Shown piece by piece: positions 14,370-26,100 of a DNA stretch of 64,000 nt. Position numbers and translations under genes: made by a program. The notes under the pieces are model-generated. The model was not told where the DNA came from. It did no database searches and saw only the letters and a program-made list of their open reading frames with translations. How positions within the stretch are numbered: position 1 is the first letter of the stretch; each line of letters opens with the position of its first letter. The DNA lies in NCBI RefSeq assembly GCF_006345805.1, contig NC_043016.1, positions 29,078,001-29,142,000 of the forward strand, read 5' to 3'. The stretch comes from Octopus sinensis. Taxonomy: Eukaryota.

Positions 14370-14540
14370 GGATTCAAATCTTGGTGCAAGGCCACCAATT
14401 TCAAGGGAGGTCGTACATTGATTACATTGACCCCAGTGTTCAACTGGTACTTATTTTATTGACTCCAAAAGTCAACCTTGGCAGAATTTGAACTAGAATG
14501 TGAAGATGGACGAAATGATTCTGCCAGCTCACTGTCGTAA
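14370..14540 (-). mobile_element. SINE family B fragment
   Basis: ATTGACCCCAGTGTTCAACTGGTACTTATTTTATTGAC...GCAGAATTTGAACT. Confidence 0.7.
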
Positions 14541-14734
14541 TAAAAATAAATACTGAAACTAGTAAGAATGTTCTTTTGTATTTCTTGAGAGAAAAAATTA
14601 TAGCTGAACACCCTTGTCTACTTTTTCCACAACAAAGCCAAATGTGTGTTTAGCGAATCAAAAACTACACACTTTTAAGGTAACTCTTATATATCTACTT
14701 ATCCTACTGCTGCTCTCTCTCATGTACATATGCG

Positions 14735-14958
14735 TGTATCTTTGTGTCTGTGTTTGCCCTCTTTCCCACTGCTTGACAACTGGTGTTGGTTTGTTTATGT
14801 CCCCATAAATTAGCGTTTCAGCAAAATAGACCGATAGAATAAATGCCAGGCTTAAAAAAAAAAAAAAAAGTACTAGGATAAATTCGTTTGATTAAAAATT
14901 CATCAAGGCAGTAACCCAGCATTGCCACAGTCTAATGACTGAAACAAGTGAAAGATTA
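14735..14958 (+). mobile_element. SINE family A 3' half
   Basis: GCTTGACAACTGGTGTTGG...TAATGACTGAAACAAG. Confidence 0.7.
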
Positions 14959-16459
14959 AATATTGACATGGAGCAGCAGATTTCACTAATGAATCTTCTC
15001 ATTGCAGTTACAGATTCAACTGATTTTGATTATATCAGCTCGCCATATTAAATGTAGTAGCTTGCTCTAAATTATATGTTCTTCACTCAGAAAGTTCTCT
15101 TGGGAAATTCTCTAAAGTCTTTATTGTAATTTGCCTAATCAGCGGACTATTTTCACAAAATACTATGCCTGTTAGTCTCATTATGAGGTCTTGGTAGCTG
15201 CAAGTTGAGTATGGTTTGTTGATGAGTTGAAATAAAACTAAAACATGACTGGAGTTGTCACCATGGCTGCCTGAGATCAAACTCACTCTCATCCTTGCAT
15301 ATTTCTATTTACTCTGTTTCTGCATTTTTTTTTGTTTTTTAGCATTATTGTAAATTAATGAGATTTCTGTAGACATTGGGAATTCAAACTCTCCTGAGAA
15401 AAGTGAAAGTATCACAATCCTAAATTAAAGTTGGAGAATTCATAATTGGTTTTTAGATAATGATATTTAAAGAGCAAATGTGTTTAGGGAGCTAGGTAAA
15501 TGTGAAGCATTGTGAGGTCTGTTGTAGACAATGGTGTTTAGGGAGCTAGATGAACACCAATTCTAATGATGTGGTTAGAGAGCAAGGTAAACATCCGTTC
15601 TGGGCAATAGTTTTTAGGGAGCTAGATAAATATCTATTGCAAGTGGATTTGAAGGAGGAAACTGCTCGTTATGGTCAAGAATGGCATTGAATTAAGGTCA
15701 GAGGAGCAATGCATCAGTCTCTTGTCAGACACTGTCAAAGAAGGAATGGCAAGTACTCTCATTGTAATATTTAGAAACTGATCTACTGATTTTAGGATCT
15801 TGAAATCTAATAGAGCCCCAGAAAAATATAGTGTCATAAACATTTTAAATTTTACTCAGTACAACAATTAATTTAACAAAAAAAAAAAAAAAAAGAAAGA
15901 AATAATAATGTGACTTTCACTGTATGGTTGAATCTTGCAACCTGAGTTGAAAGAATGGTTAATTGAAATTATCCAAGTCATTAGCAGATATAAACTCATA
16001 CCAGGTTTGTTTAAAATCTGCAATTGAGTGAAATCTTTGGACAATAAAGACATAGATTGGAGTGGATTTGATTTTGAAAACCAGCTGATGAAAGTAAAGG
16101 ACATGTTTAGGTCATATTAGAACTCCTCAGTGAAGACATAGTCTATTCTATCCAGTTGGCAAGAGTAAGAGCGATATATATATATATACACACACACACA
16201 CATACATATACACAGATATACGAGGTAGTTTTTGTGAAGCATTGTGAGGTATTGAGAGGTACAATTTGCTTTGTACCTCCTTGCTACACAACTACATTCA
16301 TTAATATATATATATCATCATCATCGTTTAACGTCCGTTCTCCATGCTAGCATATATATATAACGGGAAGCTTTACGAAAATAAACAAAAGATGAAGGCA
16401 GGTGGAGTACAAACAAACAATTGTATTAGTATGGAGCTCAGGAATAGAAATAAAACAAG

Positions 16460-16498
16460 TTTTTTACGTTTTGAGCCTACGCTCTTCAACAGAAAGAT
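16460..16498 (-). ncRNA. degenerate minimal hammerhead ribozyme-like motif in a Penelope-like repeat
   Basis: Minus strand: UCUUU-CUGUUGA-A-GAGC-guag-GCUC-AAAAC-GUA-AAAAA; helix II intact, palindromic helix III ACGU, two core deviations. Confidence 0.5.
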
Positions 16499-16859
16499 AC
16501 ACAGAAAAGAAACACGGAGAGAAAAAAAATGCATGCAGGAGCTAACGATTCAACATGGCGGTCTGATTTCGGCCAGAAGTCAGAGATCAAACGTTAGACG
16601 CAAGAGGGATAGTAGGGGAGATAACAGGGTCAAATGACCTCGCCCCAACATAAGAGAGCATGTATGTGCGTATGAAAGGTCTGGACGTGTGTATGTATGT
16701 ATGATGTGATGTGTAATGTCGTATGGTGTAGTATAGTGTCGTATGGTGTAGTGTAGTGTCGTATGGTGTAGTGTAGTGTGATGTTGTGGGGAGGTGGGGA
16801 AAGCCCATGTGGGGTGTGGTTTTGGCTGGGGGTTGGGGTAGAGTGGGGGTTGTGGGAAA

Positions 16860-17100
16860 GTGAAAAGGGGAGGGAAGAGAGATGAGGGGAGGGGAGAGAG
16901 GAGATGAGGTGAGGGGGGAAAGAAGGAAGGAGAGGAGAGAGAAGGGGGAGGGTGAGAGGGGGGAGAAGGAAGGAGAGGAGAAAGGAGGGGAGAGAAGGAG
17001 CAGAGAGAAAGAGAGGAGGGGAAGAGGGAAGAAGAAAGAGGAAAGAAGAGGAGGGAAAGAGAGTAGAGGTGAAAAGATGAAGGACTGAAGAGAAGTAGGA
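16860..17100. repeat. long polypurine (GA-rich) low-complexity tract
   Basis: Nearly pure A/G on the + strand. Confidence 0.9.
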
Positions 17101-17189
17101 GTCGGGGGGATGTTAGATGATAAGGGGGAGGTTAGATGAGAAATATATATATATGTGTGTGTGTGTATGTATGTATGTATGCATGCATG

Positions 17190-17545
17190 CATGCAGGTAT
17201 GACTGAGGTAAGAAGAGTGCTTCTCAACCACATGGTTCCAGGGTCAGTCCCACCTTGGGTCTCACAGTGGGACTGACTCTTGAAGTGTCTTTATACTATA
17301 GTCCCAAGTTGACCAAAGACCTGTGAGTGAATTTGGCAGATGGAAATTGAAAGAAGCCTGTTGCGTATATACATACCTATGTACGAATGTGTGTCATTGT
17401 GTTTGTCTCCCATCACTACTTGTTTTGCTTACATCTATAAGTACCAGGCTTAAAAGAGTAGTACTGGGATCAATTTGTTCAACCAAACTCTTTAAGACGG
17501 TGTCCCAACATGGATGCAGTCCAATGACTGACACAAATAAAAGAT
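17190..17545 (+). mobile_element. diverged SINE family A copy
   Basis: AACCACATGGTTCCAGGGTCAGTCCCAC...AATGACTGACACAAATAAAAGA. Confidence 0.7.
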
Positions 17546-17608
17546 ATATATGTGTGTGTGTTCAATAAAAAATGAAGAAATGACTTGTCTTTTTTCTTTT
17601 CTTCTTTT

Positions 17609-18008
17609 TCTTTTACTTGTTTCAGTCATTTGACTGCGGCCATGCTGGAGCACCGCCTTTAGTCGAGCAAATCGACCCCGGGACTTATTCTTTGTAAGCC
17701 TAGTACTTATTCTTTCGGTCTCTTTTGCTGAACAGCTAAGTGACGGGGACTTAAACACACCAGCATCGGTTGTCAAGTAATGCTATGGGGACAAACACAG
17801 ACACACACACACACACATTATATATATTATATATACATATATATACGACAGGCTTCTTTCAGTTTCCATCTACCAAATCCACTCACAAGGCTTTGGTCGG
17901 CCCGGGGCTATAGCAGAAGACACTTGCCCAAGATGCCACGCAGTGGGACTGAACCCGGAACCATGTGGTTGGTTAGCAAGCTACTTACCACACAGCCACT
18001 CCTGCGCC
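17609..18008 (-). mobile_element. SINE family A, full length, young
   Basis: Very close to consensus with CpGs retained. Confidence 0.9.
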
Positions 18009-18492
18009 TATACATTTCTATACATTTTTTTTTCAAATATATAATACTGTACCAAGGACTTTCTACTTCCAATTCTACTAAATATATTCTGCTATATGAA
18101 TCCATAAACAAACATATAAATCATTTAAGGGTATATTTTTTTTTGTTCCTTCTGAAGATATTATGCTCAGAATCATGAACTTAATATTTATTTTAAATCA
18201 CTATGTATAACTGAAAAAACTGTAACGATTAATTTTCGATTTGTTCTTGACAATAAATTCTTATTAATTTCACAATCTCCATTTTCTTCCTCTTCCTTTA
18301 TATAAACTACAAGTTTTTATATACATATCTATTATTTTGAGAAAATAAAATCTACCCAAAATATTAGGCATTGAACCAGTATTTCCTAGGATGACACCAT
18401 CCTTTCATGAGGCTAACTGAATTTTATATATATGTGTGTGTGTATATATATCTATAAATGAATGTATATGTATGTATATATATATATTATGT

Positions 18493-18830
18493 GGAGGCGC
18501 AATGGCCCAGTGGTTAGGGCAAGCGGACTCGTGGTCATAGCATCGCAGTTTCGATTCCCAGACCGGGCGTGGTGAGTGTTTATTGAGCGAAAACACCCAA
18601 AGTTCCACAAGGCTCCGGCAGGGGATGGTGGCACAACTTTCTCTCACTCTTTCTTCCTGTTCATGTGGTACCTGTATTTCAAAGGGCCAGCCTTGTCACA
18701 CTCTGTGTCACACTGAATCTCCCTGAGTACTATGTTAAGGGTACACGAGTCTGTGGAGTTAATCATGAGCAGGCTGTTCCATTGACTGGATAAACTGGAA
18801 CACTCAACGTTGTAACAGACGGAGTGCCAA
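18493..18830 (+). mobile_element. tRNA-derived SINE family D
   Basis: GGCGCAATGGCCCAGTGGTTAG A-box, GTTTCGATTCC B-box; 3' part matches 33800-34020 in reverse. Confidence 0.8.
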
Positions 18831-18957
18831 CCAATATATTATACATATGTATATATATGTGTGTGTGTATAATATATATGTGTGTGCATGATATATATAT
18901 ATTATATATATATATATATATGCGTTATTATATATGTATGTATTTATATATATGTAT

Positions 18958-18991
<34 letters not shown>

Positions 18992-19339
18992 GTACGCATA
19001 TATATATATATGTATGTATATATATGTATATATACATATATATATATTAGAAGAAATGAGGTAATCAGAAGATTGGATGGTTCATATTTACAGATATTTA
19101 TTTATATATTACATTTTTTACATATATATATATATCATATCATTCAGATCATTAGCGCTTCTCCTATTCTAGTGGGGTTTTCAAATCAAAATACATATAT
19201 ATATATGCATACATACACATGTAGATATACATAGTGCACATGTACAGCAGAGTTCAAGGTCAATCTGTGCCAAACAGCTTTACCCTTCATGGTTTAGCTT
19301 TGCTACTATGGCAATAGTTTGGATACTTATTGATCAGAC

Positions 19340-19379
<40 letters not shown>

Positions 19380-19381
<2 letters not shown>

Positions 19382-19715
19382 AGACCCCCTTCGGTCATGA
19401 ATGACCATGGGATTGCACCTAGAAAGTTACCCTCCGAGGCACAAGTCAGGGCAAGATTGTTTGTGGAAGGCTAGCAGTCGCCCATGCATACCAGCCTCCC
19501 CTCTCTACACCACTGATATTATCCAAGGGAAAGGCAAAGGCCAATACAGCTTGGCACCTGTGACGTCGCAATTCATTTCTACAGGTGAGTTAGCTGGAGC
19601 AACGTGAAATATAGTGTCTTGCTCAAGAACACAACACACAGCCCGGTCTGGGAATCGAACTCACAACCTCACGATCATAAGCTCTATGATCTAACCACTG
19701 AGCCACATGCCTTCA
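19380..19715 (-). mobile_element. tRNA-derived SINE family E with RTE/BovB-like tail
   Basis: Minus strand TGGCTCAGTGGTTAG, GAGTTCGATTCC, GTGTTCTTGAGCAAGACAC, tail CCCATGGTCATTCATGACCGAAGG. Confidence 0.75.
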
Positions 19716-19775
19716 CACATACACACACACACATATACATATACATATATATATAAATATAAAATATATATATAA

Positions 19776-20050
19776 TAAAGAAAACAGAAAATGGAGAAGT
19801 ACTGATTAACAACAATTGACTATCATCACTTATTATTTATTAATTCAATGCATTGAATTATTAAATAATAATTGATCAGTACTTCTCCATTTTCTATTTT
19901 CTTTAAATTTTGATAAACCCGTGTTTATCCTTGTCTTTGCCTAAAACATATGAACATAATATGCTTGCATATGTATGTCCTTGGTTAAACAGGTAATATA
20001 CGGGTAGCAATCCTTAAATGCTTATTTTAACCTCTAGCTTCACTAACCTT
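19776..20050. mobile_element. fold-back element with one-sided tail in (TA)n (Penelope-like architecture)
   Basis: TAAAGAAAACAGAAAATGGAGAAGTACTGAT / ATCAGTACTTCTCCATTTTCTATTTTCTTTA arms, central palindrome TAATTCAATGCATTGAATTA, ~145-nt tail. Confidence 0.55.
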
Positions 20051-20054
20051 ATAT

Positions 20055-20123
<69 letters not shown>

Positions 20124-20509
20124 GAAAAAGAGACAGATAAATAGGCAGGCAGACAGGTAGATAGATAGATTGTGGCTGAGAGAAAATACCCAAGAGGCGG
20201 GAGAGTATTCTGTATAGTAAATACACAGACAGAAGTGAAAAACTGTGACTAGTTGGTGTTATCTAAAAAATTAGTAGATAAGAAGACCTTTTATGAATTT
20301 TTATCATTTAAAAGCAAGAGGGACAGAGAGAGTTTCAATAAGATCAATTGATGGAAAAGAGAAGCATCCAGGTTCTTAAGATTTCATTTTTGTCGGGTGG
20401 TAAATAAGTAAGGTGGAGGTTGAATTCATTTTCTAAATCCCTCCCACCAACTTGTCTTCTTATTACAGTTCTAATTTCAGTTGGTTAAAAATTATTTTTA
20501 GCAACTCTC

Positions 20510-21045
20510 TGCAACCACAAGGTTCTAGGTTCAGTCCCATGGTCCATGGCATGGCACCTTGGGTAAATGTCTTCTACGCATAGTCCCTGGCTGACCAATG
20601 CTTTGTGGTAAATTTGGAAGATGGGAGTAGTGTGAAAGCCTATTGTGTGTATATATGTGTGTTTGTGTGTGTATGAGTTTTATTCCTACCATCATTTGAC
20701 AACTGGTGTTGGTATGTTTATGGCCCCTAATTTAGTGGTTTGGCAAAAGAGACCAGTAGAATAAATACCAAACTTAACCCTTTCGTTACCAACCCAGCTG
20801 AAACCGGCTCTGGTTCTGAGTACAAATGTCTTGTTATCATAACTTTTGAATTAAAATCTTCCACCAAACCTTAGTCACAATTTATGTTCCTAACACTAGT
20901 TGAATGATAACTAAGTTATTTTACTAAATTCTTTGTTATATTTAAAATAACTGAAAGAAACATAGAACATCTCAAAATAAATACAGTAACGAAAGGGTTA
21001 AACCATTGAACTAAGTCCTTCAAGGCAGTGCCTCAGCATGACTAT
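20510..21045 (+). mobile_element. diverged SINE family A copy interrupted by a MITE
   Basis: GGTTCAGTCCC head, tail resumes after 21001. Confidence 0.65.
20778..20997. mobile_element. piggyBac-like MITE family M1
   Basis: TIR CCCTTTCGTTAC / GTAACGAAAGGG, TTAA on both sides. Confidence 0.9.
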
Positions 21046-21233
21046 ACATCTCTGTCTATATCTCTCTCATAAACACATTCATGTAGGGCCTCCAAGAGAA
21101 ATTTGGCAAAGCAAAACCAATTGTTTGGGCCCCAGAAAGAGTAGTCCTTTCCTGATACAAGGTAGCTGTGAGGTTTATTTCATTATTTTGGAGAAGGGCT
21201 CAGTAAATAGTCACCGGCTGTTTCTTTGCTCAC

Positions 21234-21281
21234 CAGAATCCCAGATTAATATCTTGATTGAGCTCCTCCCCATCATAGGTC
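21234..21281 (-). CDS. possible 48-nt cassette exon
   Basis: tacag|GACC...TCTG|gtgagc; open in phase 1 (PMMGRSSIKILIWDS); no homology support. Confidence 0.2.
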
Positions 21282-21644
21282 CTGTACATATAACTCAACG
21301 TAAAGGAAGGCAAAATTAAATGGTTCTGTGACATCGTTTTACAACAAAAAAAGGAAAAATAAAGATTTTTGTATTTTTAATTGCATAAACTGATTGTTAA
21401 TTTATGCTTTAAAAACCTTTATTAACTCTACTGACACACACACAGACACACACTTGAAGCTTCAAGGAAGCTATAATGTGATGCACAAGCACTCAGCTCT
21501 GAGCATGCTACATCATATAGCAGAAATGTCTGTAAGCTGATGAAGTCAATTACGTAATTTCTGTTCCCTTCTCAGTTCCATAATTCATATCATGCTCTAT
21601 CTCATCAACACTATTCTGAAAACTATGAAGTATAGAGATAGGGA

Positions 21645-21749
<105 letters not shown>

Positions 21750-21797
21750 GGAGATATATATATAGAGAGAGATAGGGAGATATCTATATAGAGATAG

Positions 21798-21828
<31 letters not shown>

Positions 21829-21838
21829 CTATATATAT

Positions 21839-21892
<54 letters not shown>

Positions 21893-21922
21893 TAAGGATA
21901 TATATATATATATATATATATA

Positions 21923-22117
21923 CTTTATTTTAAGCAGCAGAAAAATTCAACAAAATCTGTTACTCTGAGCAAAAACTGTCTGATGAACGGCAACAAGAAA
22001 CTCAGAGTAACAGATTTTGTTGAATTTTCTGCTGCTTAAAATAAAGCATATTACTCTACCACTGGTATTTGAGTACTCTTTTTTCCACCTTGTTTCACAT
22101 TTATGTGTTTACTCCGG

Positions 22118-22118
<1 letters not shown>
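21923..22118. mobile_element. fold-back mini-element family H1 (Penelope-like) in (TA)n
   Basis: ~46-bp inverted arms 21923-21969 / 22001-22046 plus ~72-nt tail shared with 41061-41256 and 48745-49017. Confidence 0.85.
21972..22018 (+). ncRNA. minimal type-I hammerhead ribozyme motif
   Basis: CUGU-CUGAUGA-ACG-GCAA-CAA-GAAACUC-A-GAGUA^-ACAG: helix I CUGU/ACAG, exact core, palindromic helix III ACUC/GAGU, GUA site; helix II mutated. Confidence 0.7.
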
Positions 22119-22153
<35 letters not shown>

Positions 22154-23009
22154 TAAATAGATATATAGACAGATTGTTTTCATCGAGAAAATAGTTTCAT
22201 TTCTCATTTGTCCATCCTCCCTCAATTTCACTTGTATTCAAATTAAATTCTTACTACTGACAACAAACAAAATAATACAGGTCATACAAATACATTAAAA
22301 AAACAGCTTTATCTATGAAAATCAGTTTAAACATTCAGTTGCTAATTAATTACACCTCTTGATTTATTAATAACATCTCTTAAAAAAAAAAAATTTCAAT
22401 AAGCTAATGAATAAGGGTAAAGGAACTTTCCATTAAATCTCTTTTAAATAAGTTTCTTCAATAAAGGTTAGGGAATGTTGGAAGTTTACCAATATTATTC
22501 CTAACCCTTTATAAGAAAGTTATAATTTAGAAAAGATATCCTGTTTGTTGATTAAACCAGGTTAGATTAAAGGTATTCCATCCTGGACCATCCTGTTTAG
22601 AACTACACTACCAATAATTATTATAATGTAGATGTCCTTTCTGTTTTCAAGATGGTATACTGTAATTTGAAAATTTGGTTGCTGTTTCTAGCATGTCGAT
22701 CGACCACATAAGGGTTCCCTTTAAAGGTGGGTTGATGTAACCGGGTGGATGGGTATTGTAGGTGTTGACTTACAGGTGTGAATATATTGGTGTGTGTGTG
22801 TGTGTGTGTGTGTGTATGTTGATTTGTGTGTGTGCGTGTGTGTGTGTGCATGTATGTGTTGATGTGTGCGCGTGTGTATACGGTCATTTGCCAAGCTCTC
22901 TACAAGAGACGCATTGTTCTGTTATATTTAGTGATAAACAGAGAGTAAACAAAAAGTTGCCATTTGTTTAGCAATAATTAGAATAACAGTAACATTTAGT
23001 TGACATTTT

Positions 23010-23220
23010 ACCACCACCACCACCACCACAACCATTACAACTATCGCTATCACCAACACCATCACCACCATCGCCCTCATCACCTTCACCACCACCTTCA
23101 TTATGACTATTGCCATCGTCCCCTTCACCACTATTACAGCCACCACCATCTTCATTATGACTGTCGCCATCATCACCTTCACAACAAAACCACCACCACC
23201 ACCACCACCACCACCGCCAA
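23010..23220. repeat. (CAC/CAT)n trinucleotide low-complexity repeat
   Basis: Direct read. Confidence 0.9.
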
Positions 23221-23566
23221 GAGTCACTTATTTACACGGTCAATAAAGAAGTTTATGTAGTTGCCTTACACGCTAGAAATAGCAGTAAAATCTCACTTAA
23301 ATCATACCTTACTCTCTTCAAAAAGGGAAAAAAATATACAGAATAATGATACACAATGTCAAAACAATATAAAATGAAATGAAATAAACTGAATGGTGAT
23401 GACTTGGAATATTTTGACCGAAAGTTTGTTGAGTAAGGGCTGACCTAAGATTAAACAATTGCTTTCGCACACATCGTCATAACAGAAAGTAACATACACA
23501 CACACGTACGTGCGTATAAAGATGCAATCACTCACACACGCGGAATATATCGATCAGTTTCCTTAC

Positions 23567-23642
23567 CCTGATTTAACATGTCATCAATACATCGAATAAA
23601 ACACCACGATGCAGGACGTGGAATTCGCCGACGTTTCTCCAT
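23567..23642 (-). CDS. putative first coding exon MEKRRRIPRPASWCFIRCIDDMLNQ(G), unknown protein
   Basis: acaATGG start with upstream in-frame TGA, CpG-retaining non-repetitive codons, strong donor CAGG|gtaagg, phase 1. Confidence 0.55.
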
Positions 23643-25420
23643 TGTGTAACACCAAAGGCAACAAATAAAACAGCCACAACAACAGTAATAGAATCAATAA
23701 TTTATCCAACTTCCAGAAACTTCAGTTGAGGTTAATTCTAATTGCAGACAGACCCTCTTTTTTATTGTTTTTTTTTGTGTGTGTGTGAATAATAAATGGT
23801 TGTTTTAAAGAAGCACAATAATTAATGAGTTAATAATTGCTCAATAATTATTTTCTGTTGTGTCTCTTAGACAAGACACTCAACTACTATCTTATGGCTT
23901 CATGACAAATTAGTTAATCACCATCACGATCATGAATTTCTCTGCAACAGATGTTATTTTCAGGAGAAATGTAGAAAACCCATTAGTAAAGATTTTAACA
24001 AAGATATTGGTCTAAGGACAATAACAATAATAATTAGTATTCCATTTAGTTAAATTACAATAAATGTTCTCTTTCTCGTATTTTTCTCTCCGTAAGAGAT
24101 TTCCGATAATTATGTCCTTTCATCTGCAAAGTGTCCGAATGTTGGCAGGAAATACCGAAAAAACAATCCTTTTCGTTTTTGGTTTATCCAATTGATAAAT
24201 GAAAGATCGAGAAGAGATGTCAGTGTTAAAGATGCGGCACAAGGCGAACTCGATGATCCAAAGAGCAATATTAAAGAAATATTGTATAATGAAGGGAATT
24301 GGTGATTAAACCGGTATTCCGCAATGTGCAAAGAAAGATGATCTCGGCTGGATTTAAATTCTGAGAAGAGAAGCACCGAATATTGGTTCAAGCAATAAAA
24401 CAAAGAACTTATAGCCCGGTTATCGTAGAATGTGGCACCAACGACGCGTATATTATAATATATTAAGGAATGGATTTTAGAATGGGTTCCAGTGAATAGT
24501 GAAACGAAACCACCACCAGCCAACCATTCTGTTGGCAAACAACAACATCAACAATCTGACTGTTTGCCAATAACGACCTTACTGTATTTTAAAGTCAGTC
24601 GGGTGCGTGTGTATATGTGTGTATGTGTAGTTGCGGGGTATGCCGTAGTGTGTGTGTATGTGTGTGTACTAACTGACTGACTGATAGCTGTTGTGTGTGT
24701 GTGTATCTGTCCGATAACTGTGTATGTGTGTGTGTGTGTATTGTATAGACAAAGAATACGTCTGTATGGGAATGTGTGCGTAGGGGAGAGTTTTGTGTAA
24801 GTTTGTTTTTAATTGTATGTTACTATGTGTGTCAGCGAATTATGTATGGTGAGTGTACGGGTTCTGCGATATCAACTGTTAAGTCAACAGCTACACCCAA
24901 GACTTGAAGTAGTTTTCATAATGGGAATGGCTCGCATCGAAGAGGGAGGGCGAGGGAAAGATTAAACACACACACACACACACTGCAGCCTTTATTATTT
25001 ATTTTTTTCTATTTTTTTTCTTTTTTTTTCAGAAGTAGGATTAACAAAACTTTTGCACCACTTCTTTACTTTTGAATAACTGCCAAGACCGTAATTCTAA
25101 TAGGGACAGAGAATGTGTGAGTGTGTAGAGAGAAGGAATAGGGAAATGGGAGGGGGGAGAGAGAGAGAAGGGGGAAAAACAGGTAATCAACGTGAAAAAG
25201 ACATGTCCACTATTACTATTTCGTCCTTCACTCTCATCTATAGCCTAAAGCCTGTATCTGCACCAAGTACCAGCAGATACGGTATATACAAAGAATGAAA
25301 GACAACGATGGCGACACAATAGAGATAAGACTGAATAAGCACACACAGACACATTCCTGTACACTACGCTGTGGCCATTTAAGACAAATGACTAAAGCAT
25401 GTTGTCTGATGCACCACTAG
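23643..25420 (-). promoter_or_regulatory. putative 5'UTR/promoter region of the minus-strand gene
   Basis: Free of SINEs, visibly more CpG than flanks, possible non-coding-exon donor ACA|gtaagg near 24582. Confidence 0.35.
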
Positions 25421-25483
25421 CCTATAAACAACATTTCTATTCAATAATAGTAATAATATTAATAATAATAATCACCATCATTC

Positions 25484-25640
25484 GTTCTACTATAGGTAAA
25501 AAGCTTGAAATTTTGGGCGATGGCCACTAGTGGCTATCCCATTACATTGACCCCAGTGCTTGACTGGTACTTATTTTCTCGATCTTGAAAGGATGAAAGG
25601 AGAAGTCGACCTCAGTGGAATCTGAGCTCAGCATATAAAA
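25484..25640 (-). mobile_element. SINE family B fragment
   Basis: GAAAGGATGAAAGG...GTCGACCTC consensus. Confidence 0.7.
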
Positions 25641-25924
25641 ACCGTGGAAACAACAATGATTTATAATCTACGTTACTACTATTTTCCATATATTTTCGGT
25701 ACCTATATTTTCTTTTAGCTGTCTGGCACAAGGCCAGTTTTTATGTGGAAGAAATAACACAGTCAGTGTGACATATTTATACAGATTGTCTCCTTCACTG
25801 ACCGACAATTCTGAGTGAAAAGCGGAGACTGAGAGTTTAGTGTATGGAATTTTGGCAAGCACTTTAATGCACTCCCCAGTTGGACAAATGTCAGGTGGTA
25901 AGTCAACCATCATATTATTAGAGA

Positions 25925-26100
25925 AGGTGGCGAGCTGGCAGAATCGTTAGCATGTCAGACATAATTGCTTAGTGGTGTTTCTTCCAGTTCTTTATGTTTT
26001 GAGTTTGACTTAAGATTGACTTTGCCTTTCAACATTTCAGGGTCAACAAAATAAGTATCTGATTGATGTAATCAATTACCCACTCTCTCAAATTTCGGGA
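25925..26100 (+). mobile_element. SINE family B copy with 15-bp flanking direct repeat
   Basis: GGTGGCGAGCTGGCAGAATCGTTAG head; ATTATTAGAGAAGGT at 25914-25928 and 26101-26115. Confidence 0.8.

Noticed and set aside
16587-17231. 214-aa Pro/Ser/Leu-rich ORF
   Set aside because: Complement of the polypurine tract and simple repeats
22928-23260. Poly-His / poly-Val ORFs
   Set aside because: (CAC)n low-complexity repeat without convincing splice sites
24110-24538. 142-aa minus-strand ORF
   Set aside because: Non-ATG start, no recognisable domain; more likely UTR/intron near a promoter
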